DNA of 64,000 nt from the human T2T-CHM13v2.0 reference genome, Homo sapiens: assembly GCF_009914755.1 (NCBI RefSeq), contig NC_060932.1; one strand, 5' to 3'. Of the stretch, positions 37,366-64,000 are shown piece after piece; the first letter of the stretch is position 1; every line of letters begins with the position of its first letter. The position numbers were made by a program, and so were the translations under genes. A model generated the notes under the pieces. It was not told the origin of the DNA and ran no database searches. It saw only the letters and a program-made list of their open reading frames with translations.

Positions 37366-38682
37366 TTAGATTAGGAAATTTCTTTTCCTTTTATCTTGTA
37401 AGAAAAAGATACATCTTTTCTTAGCCTTGTAAACTAGAATGATCAGTAACATTTCACATCCAGAACACATGGCTACTGTAAAAGGAGCCACAGAAGCTAA
37501 ATTGGCCTTGGACTGTGGAAAAGACAGCTGAATAACGGCAAGAGCTAAGAAACTATTTAACATCCCACTTTCAATAGCAACAGTTTTACAAACAGGAAGA
37601 GGCAGCGTACAAACTTTAGCAAAGGAGTACCCAAACAGCAAACCCAAAGCAGGAACTAAGAGACCCAACAGAATCACCTCTAGATTATCTGTTTTTAAGA
37701 ACACTAATCCCACTGTGAAAGTCAAATAAATTCCTACGAACATTAAAATAAAACTCAGAGGTCTAATTATTCTCTCTAAGAAGCTTGCTTTTTCAGGTAT
37801 TCTATGCTTGATGACTATTCCAATTGATACTGGCACAAGTATGAAAAGGAGTGTTGACACAATTTTAGAAACAGGAATATGGAATGTACCTGACAACCCT
37901 AATATCCTACTGTATATATAAGAATTGACAGGCATCATGATCAGAGCCAATAATGTTGATGTGCAAGTCATCAAAATGGCCAATGTGAAATCTCCATCTA
38001 GAAGCAGAGCAAAGAGATAGCCCCCACCCCCTCCTGGGCACGTGCAGGTCATTACAACTCCAAAAGCTTGCGCCTCAGGCAATGCCACAATCTGAGACAA
38101 AAGAAACCCGCAAAATGGCATCAGAAAAAACTGTGTAACTGCCCCAAGAATTACTGGCAAAGGTCTCTTCCATACTGTTTGAAACAGCTGTAATTCAATC
38201 TTACAACCAAATGCACACTTATTCAATAGTATTAGTGGTAAAATAAGCATTAGGATGTTTCTATCAATATGCATTGGTGCCTGGAGTAGACTGTCTTTTT
38301 GTTTGAGCACTTTGACTTTCACATTCTTGATTTCTTCAATGAGTCTTTCTTGCCTACCTTCAGAATCCCAGAGTTGAATAGTCACATTTGTTTCTCCTTC
38401 TTCATCAGTCACCAGATTTATGGTAAAGTTTGTAGCATCTGATGAGATCTTCTTGGCCACATTCACCATTTGTAGTATTTTAGGATCTTCTATTTTCACA
38501 AAGAGGTGGCTGGAATTAGGCCGTTTATTTTCGTAGCTTGAACTTACAAGGATGGTTTCTTCAGTCTTTGTGAAAAATAGTATTTCAGTCTTCTCTATAT
38601 TCAGAAAACTGAGCGATGACATCCTTGCTTCTTCTATAGTCACAAGCAACAAAAGTAGAACAATAAAAAGTTTTCTAATCAT
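37366..38682 (-). CDS. SLC10A5: Solute carrier family 10 member 5 (sodium/bile acid cotransporter family), uninterrupted ORF, 438 aa
   Basis: Hydrophobic N-terminal signal-like segment, hydrophilic domain, then multi-TM SBF domain with QF..MP..GF, CPGG and E.G..N motifs; recognised protein sequence. Confidence 0.96.
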
Positions 38683-38803
38683 TTTGAAAGCTGAAATAAA
38701 TCATATATGCAAAATCGTTTTTAAAAAATGAAAGAACATTCTTCATGCAGGTGTTCCAGTGACAGTCTGAGGGTGAGTTAGATAACAGTTGTTTTTGTAG
38801 GAT

Positions 38804-38812
38804 CAAAGTCCA
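38804..38812 (+). promoter_or_regulatory. HNF4-type motif CAAAGTCCA upstream of SLC10A5
   Basis: Exact HNF4-specific motif ~125 bp upstream of the ATG; TATA-like TATATAT on minus strand at ~38843-38849. Confidence 0.5.
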
Positions 38813-40793
38813 GTAGGAGGGACTGCTGTACTTTTAAACAAATATATAGCCATCTAAGCAGCAACACAACCGGTTTAACTTGTGATTAAGACAATTAAAA
38901 AGTCATGGCATTTAACAGATTCGATTTATCACAACAGAAATCTAATCTCTTCCTCTTGATTTCCTCATTTCTGCTTATGCGAAAAAAAAAAAAGCCTCCT
39001 ATTTACTTGAATTTAAAGCTTAGTGTCATCATTCGTTAGTTATTTCTTGCTAAAAAAAAAAAAATTAAAAGCAGTCAGGATCAAGAAATCTGTAACAGAC
39101 ACTGAGGAAACCTAGAGTTCAGTGTTACCATTTTGTTCAATCAAGTCGAAGTCAAATCAATATTCACTGAATGTCTCTTTGCCTAGGGCATGGAATTGGG
39201 AGCTGGCCATCCCATAATGATTAAGCCACATGCAGTCGCTGCTCTCCTGGAGCTTAGTGGGGTGACCCAATATCACAAGTTAGAAAACTGCAGAGCCCAG
39301 ACACTGGCCTTGGCAGCATCCCTTGGCTGCTAATAGTTTTCCTGCATCTCTGAAGGATGATTTAATCTGTCAAGCAAAAACTGACACTGTTTTTTGTATA
39401 CCTAAGTAGGAAAAAAAATTCCTGAATGGTTACCAGATAACTTGGGGACATAGGGAAAGTAGGTAGCTGGTGCCACGGCCAAAGGTACAGGCTGGTTAAG
39501 GGACCACAGCTACTGGACACTTGGACCCTGACACGATGGGGCAATGGAAAGACACTGGCATTGATTCTAATCTTTTATTCCTTGTTTGTAACACTACTCT
39601 CTGTTCACAGTTAGGGGCAAGGGCATTCAATTGACCCAATTTGGTCATATCCCTTGGTTGCCAGGAATGAGAAAAAGCATCAGGCTTTTTGGATTTCAAC
39701 CCATAGACTCACACTCTTGTATATTTCCCACACAAGGGGTGGGTGTCCTGATGCTAAGCAGCAAACCAACCAGCCGACCAACCAACCAACCAAACGTTTA
39801 CTATTAAGCCTACAGATGTAGTAGTCTCTGAACACATGACCATTTCAGCAGCTCTTTCATGTAATCATGATGCAATGTGTTCAAGGTAATGCCAATTTGT
39901 ATTAAGTATTTTAGATCATTTGTTCCTCAAAAATGTGAAACCTTTTTGTCATTTTAACGAGTTTTATAAAAGTATACCATTTATGTCGGTTAATCTTTCA
40001 AATGCAGTAGACCTTAGGTCTCATAAATTTTATTAATATGTACCACATTAAGAAAAACAAGATCCGCTGTACCAATGGTGAGGATAGGGAATGGGACTGT
40101 TCATTGATATTTCAGTTAAAATTTCCCTATTTTAACTGACAAAAACAAAACAAAAAACAAAAATGTCATAAAACCTAAGTTATCTTTAGTTATGTGACCA
40201 AATATCTTGACTCATAACTTTTGTTGCCTAGGTCGAAGATGTGAGTATATCAGTTTTTCTTTCCCCTTAGGACTCTTTCTGCAACCCTTTTAGTTCTTCG
40301 GTTTCTCCAGGCCCTTTCATTTGAAAACCGTGAAGAACAAAGCCTGACAAATCTAGGAAAACTTTGATAATCTATCATTCATCTATATAAGTGTTCTTCT
40401 AAATTTTCATGGAAAATATGTATTATAAAAAAGTGTGTATGAATTTCAATTTTTTTTTTGCACCAGAATAAACTTTTTGTAACATGTCTGAACAGGATCT
40501 AGTGAGGGACACTAACTATGATAAGACATTTAGAAAAGAGCTCTTTTATCAGAGAAACATAAATTCTGCTAAAATTGAAGGAAGAACACACATCAAATTT
40601 ATGGTGAGGTTTGGGTGGAAGAATGGTGAAATCATTGATGCTTCACATAAAGGTTATGGAGACAATACCCCAAGGAGATCTGCAGTTTACAAATGGATAA
40701 CTCATTTTAAGAGATGAGACAATGTTGAAGATGAAGCCCGTAGCAGCAGACCATTCACAGCAATTTGTGAAGAAAAAAAGCACAGACAATATC

Positions 40794-41480
<687 letters not shown>

Positions 41481-41934
41481 ATATCCAACATCATAGATGT
41501 CTCAGTTGGTTCAGCTTACACAATGCTGACAGAAAAATTAAACTTGAGCAAACTTTCCACTTGATGGGTACCGAAACTATTGCACCCAGATCAGCTACAG
41601 ACAAGAGTACTTTTGTTCTCCTGGTGGGTTTTCTACTTAAAATTTCAGTTGTCTTTCAATAAAAATTTTAAACAAGTGGGATCAAGATCCTGAAGGATTT
41701 CTTCCAAGAATTGTAACAGGAGATGAAACATGGCTTTACCAGAATAATCCCGAAAACAAAGCACAAACAGAGCAATAGCTACCAAGAGGTGGAAGTGGTC
41801 CAGTCAAAATAAAAGTGGACTAGTCAAAAGCAAGGTCATGGCAACTATTTTTTGGGATGCTCAAAGCATTTTTCTTGTTGACTTTCTGGAGAGCCAAAGA
41901 ACAATAACGTCTGCTTATTATAAAGGTGTTATGA

Positions 41935-42069
41935 GGCTGGGTACAGTGGCTTATGCCTGTAGTCTCAGCACTTTTGGTGGCCAAGGCAGGAGGATCCATT
42001 GAGGCCAGGAGTTCAAGACCAGTCTGGGCAACATAGCAAGACCTATCTCTACAAAAAGAAAAAAAAAAT
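41935..42069 (+). mobile_element. Alu monomer (FLAM-like)
   Basis: Single left arm plus A tail. Confidence 0.75.
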
Positions 42070-42472
42070 ATGAGAATGTTTAGAGACAGCCAAAGTTTTA
42101 GCAGAAAAATGCCCAGGTAAGCTTCACCAGAGATTGCTTCTCCACTAAGACAATGCTCCTGCTCATTCCTCTCATAAAACAAGGAAAATTTTGAATTTTG
42201 ATGGTAAATCATTAGGCATCTACCTTAGGAGGTCTAATTTTGCTTCTTCTGACTTCCTGTTTCCTAATCTTTAAAAAAAAAAAAAAACTTTAAAGGGCAC
42301 CCATTTTTCTTTAGTTAAGAAACAGACTGCATTAACATGATTAAATATCCAGGACCATCAGTTATTTTGCAATGGACTAAGTGGCTGGCGTCATTGCTTA
42401 CGAAAGTGTCTTAAACTTGATGGAGCTTATGTTGAAAAATAAAGTTTATGTTTTATATTTTTATCTGTTTTC

Positions 42473-42973
<501 letters not shown>

Positions 42974-43797
42974 TAGCATTTGCTGCCTGATTTTTTAAAC
43001 TAGAACTCATTTTTATTATATTGTTATTTCCATTACTTAGGTAAATTTAAAACACTTTTATTCTCTTTGTGGATTTGCTACTTGAAATTTGTCTGCAAGC
43101 AGGTGGAAAGATGCTAGAGTGGAGTGGGGAGAGTGAATCTTTAAAATTTTTCTAAGCATCCTCAACTGAAAACCCTAATCGAAAGCCTGAGAAAGTTGTC
43201 TGCTTTCTGAGTAATTTAGAAATAGAGGCTAGAAACTGAGTCTTTTCCCTTTCTCCCACATCTTGTTCTCTTTAGGAGACAGTTCCTGCTGCAGCCACCA
43301 GTCCCCAGTACTAAGGATGCTAGCTCCTGTCTCCACCAGACTAGTTTGCTCCACTATCTGGGACCACACCTAACTTACCACCAGTAAGCCTGCTAATATT
43401 AATAATATAAGTCCTTCCATCCAGACTGCCTTGTCTCTTTTCTATCTAATCATTGATAGGACTTCTTCATTCTCCTTAGGTTTAACTCAATTCCTGTCAG
43501 CCTTACTTCCCCACTTCTCAACCTCATTATTTTTCTGGCATAGTTTTAGTCAACTGCATGACCATGTGCTGATCTTCTCGTATGTGCAAGTAATTGTGCT
43601 AAGCATTACAGTATTAGTTGTCACTAAAATTTATTGGTATCTGGGCATATATTTAAGTGTTATGCTTTCTGATAAAAGAGTTATTGGAACATAGGCATAC
43701 TGATTATCTACTAAATTAGCATCCGCTACACTACTTTGTATGTAAGTGCAAACATAGCACATGTTATGGCACTCCATTTTGTGTTGCATCAGATTAA

Positions 43798-45257
<1,460 letters not shown>

Positions 45258-45446
45258 TATGTATACATATCATCATTGTATTAATCATGGCAATTAGGAC
45301 AAATCCCTACATTTAGTGGGAACTCAAATAACTATGCTAATGAATGAAAGTACAAGAACATAATAAAAGTTGGAAATTATCTCCATTCCTCACATAAAAA
45401 TAATATGAAGAATTAGAAAGGAAATAAACCAAATGAGCATTCCAAA

Positions 45447-45452
45447 TTTATT
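45447..45452 (-). terminator. Candidate ZFAND1 poly(A) signal AATAAA
   Basis: About 950 nt after the stop, followed by U-rich sequence on the minus strand. Confidence 0.6.
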
Positions 45453-46406
45453 CCTTTTAAGTAAACCTATAGCCACTACATATGTCCCTGACAATTAGAA
45501 CAGAAAACAAAAAAAGGACAAATAGAAATACTTTCCATTCTGTCTATATAGTAGTAGTTTTGGGGGTATAGATAGTAAACACTAGTCAAGAATACTCGTC
45601 TAAATATGTTGGTAAAATGTAGTCATCATTTGGCATGTGTTTTGCTTTGGTATATAATGAAGTTGAGCTATCCCATCTTTCTTCTCTATGGAATATAGTC
45701 ACACAAACAAAAAAGATGAATCTCACTAGAGGTGGGTCTTTATCAGAAATATGCCCCAATCTAGTTAGGTAATAGAAAGAAAATCATTTTCTCCTCCTAG
45801 GCCTAAGATTCTTCATGTAAAAATTATAAGACTGAATAAAGATCACTTCTAAGTTTCTATAATTCATGTAGATATATCAATTTATACATCATGATGTAGA
45901 CAGACAGCAAGGCTATACTTTCTGGCTCCATGATGCTAGGCTTGGCCACATGACTTGCTTAAAGCACGTATGATACATGCATCTTTTAAGAGAAAACCGA
46001 AGTGTATTTCATCTCTTTCTCTCTCTGCTAAAACAATCACAATGTCCCAAAAGAGATCCCTTCCTTCGCCTTTGATCATGGTAAGAAGATGACACAAAGC
46101 AGTGTCACAGCCAATCAACAGCTGACATCCCCCACCAGGAAATACATCTTTGTTGTTGTCACTACAGCATAAACTAATGAAAGCTAATTAAATATAAGAA
46201 TTTGCTAATAATTGAGGATCCGTACACAATTAAACTTAAAACCAAAAAACTCTAATAGAAAACTCATAATTTAAAATGTGACATAAGGGGAAATAAGTTA
46301 AAAAGCAACTTTTAAAAATTACAAAAATAGTATTTGTAGTAAAATAAATGGACTTAAACATGTAATAGAATTTTCCCTGTGATTTCTGACTTGAATCTTT
46401 GAATGA

Positions 46407-61906
<15,500 letters not shown>

Positions 61907-62324
61907 CTAAAATTGAGAGAAAATGTATATACTGGTCAGTATCTGATTTTGATTTAGTTTTCTTAAGCAAGAAGACAACCTCTATGGAAAAACTTCCCAT
62001 TTTGACTAATATCCTAGTGTAGCAAGCACTATGTAACCACTCTAACAAAATTAATCACAACTTCAATAACTGACAGAAAGTAATTGGATTAACATAAGGT
62101 ATTAATAGATGTTACTTGTAACTTTACTAAGTCAGACAAAAATAAGTTCTAGTGGTTTTCTTTTTCTTTTTTGTTTTGTTTCCCAGATTTACTAGGTGTT
62201 GTTTTTGATGACTGTATACTGCAAAAATTCCGCATTTGGAGTGAAAAACCTGGGATTCAATTCTGATTCCACTGCTTACTAATCTAACAGTGCTAGGCAA
62301 GTTACTTAACAGTAAAACTTTGGA

Positions 62325-62720
62325 TATATATATTTTTATATATATCCAATAAATATATATATTTATATCTGTGTACTAATATATATGTGTGTGAACAACA
62401 TATATATATATATATCGCCAAAGCTTGACTATATTCAAATATATTTATATTTATATATACACCTATAAGATTTATGGTATTTCAAATATATATAATTTGA
62501 TGTAATATATAGTACAGTTAGTATAAAGTATATGTGTGTGTGTTTCTATATATGTATGTAAATAAACATATACAAAACCAAAGCTCTTTTATTGGGTAAG
62601 AAAAATAGAAAGATATAGACAGGTAGATACAGAGACAGATATAAAGATACAAGCACATCCTTTCTGTGTATCTATGTATATGTGTGTATGCATGTGTATC
62701 TATATCTGTATCTATGCTGT
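62325..62720. repeat. TA-rich low-complexity tract
   Basis: Mixed (TA)n and (TG)n runs. Confidence 0.7.
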
Positions 62721-62868
62721 ATGCCACACCGACCTCACAGTGTACTTACAGAAACCAAATGAGATATATATGAAAGATCAGAATAGTAATACAGTAACTA
62801 TAATTAATAAGAATAATACAACAATTAACTTCTTTTGAGTATACTCAACTCAGAACAGTACTGCAAGG

Positions 62869-62986
62869 GGCCAGGCACAGTGGCTTAAGCCTGTAATCCC
62901 AGCACTTTGGGAGGCCGAGGGGGGCGGATCACCTGAGGTCAAGAGTTTGAAAACAGCCTGGCCAACATGGCGAAACCCCATCTCTA

Positions 62987-63053
<67 letters not shown>

Positions 63054-63229
63054 TTAGCTGGGCGTGGTGGTTCATGCCTGTAATTCCAGCTACTCAAGAG
63101 GCTGAGGCAGGAGAATCGCTTGAATTCAGGAGGCAGAGGTTGCAGAGGGCCGAGATCGCGCCACTGCACTCCATCCTGGGCGACAGAGCCAGACTCCATC
63201 TCAAAACAAAACAAACAAACAAACAAAAA
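62869..63229 (+). mobile_element. Alu with a long (CA)n in the middle A-rich linker (~62993-63050)
   Basis: ctactgaaaa(ca)n aaattagctggg. Confidence 0.92.
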
Positions 63230-64000
63230 AGGACAATACTGCAGTGACTGGGTGGAGATGCTTAATATTTTGCGACTTTTAATAATCAAGTATTAGATGC
63301 AAACCAGAAGGACCCAGGGGAAAGAGTTAAGTCAAGACAACTTCCCAGCACCTGATACCATCCTTCAATCCCTCCAGAAGGTAGATAAAATTTAGGATAT
63401 ACACTTGACGTAGTCTAAATCTTAACTGCTTTCCACTAGTCCCAAACAGATAGGCCTGGCCTCATCTCAGTTATTGACACTAAAGACATATATAGCTGGA
63501 AAGGAAAATGAACTATGTCATGAATGGCATATAATGTGTATTGGACTCACTAGCGAAGGATCAGGCATAGACACACATAATTCACAGTCAAAACCCAAAT
63601 GGCTAAGCTTCCACATGAAAAAAGTCACACTGGCTTGTTATTACAGCCAGTGGTGAAAGATAGATAGATAGATGGCTATAAGTAACAAGAACCTAGAAGG
63701 GATTGTGTCACCTGTCCTATCACGCATTCCCACAGTAGAAATCACTAATCAATTATGGAACTCCACTGAAACTGGGCTAAATCTCAAGAGTCTTTGACAC
63801 GGTAATTCAGGCACTTGATACCAATGACTGAAGTTCCAAGGGGAGATTAAACCTGTTTGCTACCTTATGTAGTGTGTGAAACCTAGTAACAACGACTGAG
63901 CAGTCTGTGTGGTTCTAATGCTTCAAAAACTTGCCTTTTCAAGGTGTATGGCATCCTGAAGCCAATGCCACATCACCTTGGACTAGGTATATCCCAAGGT

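Noticed and set aside
40484-40717. 77-aa ORF resembling a transposase N-terminus, as a possible domesticated gene
   Set aside because: HSMAR2 remnant with an early stop, LTR and Alu interruptions, and a stop in the HHDNA motif

Overview
This is AT-rich, Alu-dense primate (human-type) genomic DNA with three protein-coding genes, all on the minus strand. IMPA1 (myo-inositol monophosphatase 1) is complete: 8 coding exons reconstructed by hand to 834 nt / 277 aa, a non-coding exon 1 in a CpG-rich promoter, and an alternative exon giving a 59-aa N-terminal extension. SLC10A5 is a 438-aa uninterrupted ORF. ZFAND1 has exons 2-8 here; exon 1 lies beyond the window end. Most of the rest is interspersed repeats: about 30 Alus, old L1/L2/MIR fragments, LTRs (MST, MER4A, MER39, MER21, MLT1), a two-LTR MaLR provirus, a full-length nested HSMAR2 mariner, Tigger1, MER30 and MER20. 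Nearly all short ORFs in the supplied track are Alu or L1 artefacts. I see no convincing new multi-gene system. The observations most worth follow-up are: (i) a ~1.7 kb AT-rich minisatellite with palindromic units (33-bp perfect arms) beside the IMPA1 alternative exon; (ii) a ~66-nt GC-rich, G-quadruplex-capable insert of unknown origin with retrotransposition hallmarks in IMPA1 intron 4; (iii) a strong splice acceptor 8 nt before the SLC10A5 ATG and a poly(A) signal 2 nt after its stop; (iv) several candidate alternative-splicing and polyadenylation features. Repeat family names come from recalled consensus sequences, not a database search, and repeat boundaries are approximate.
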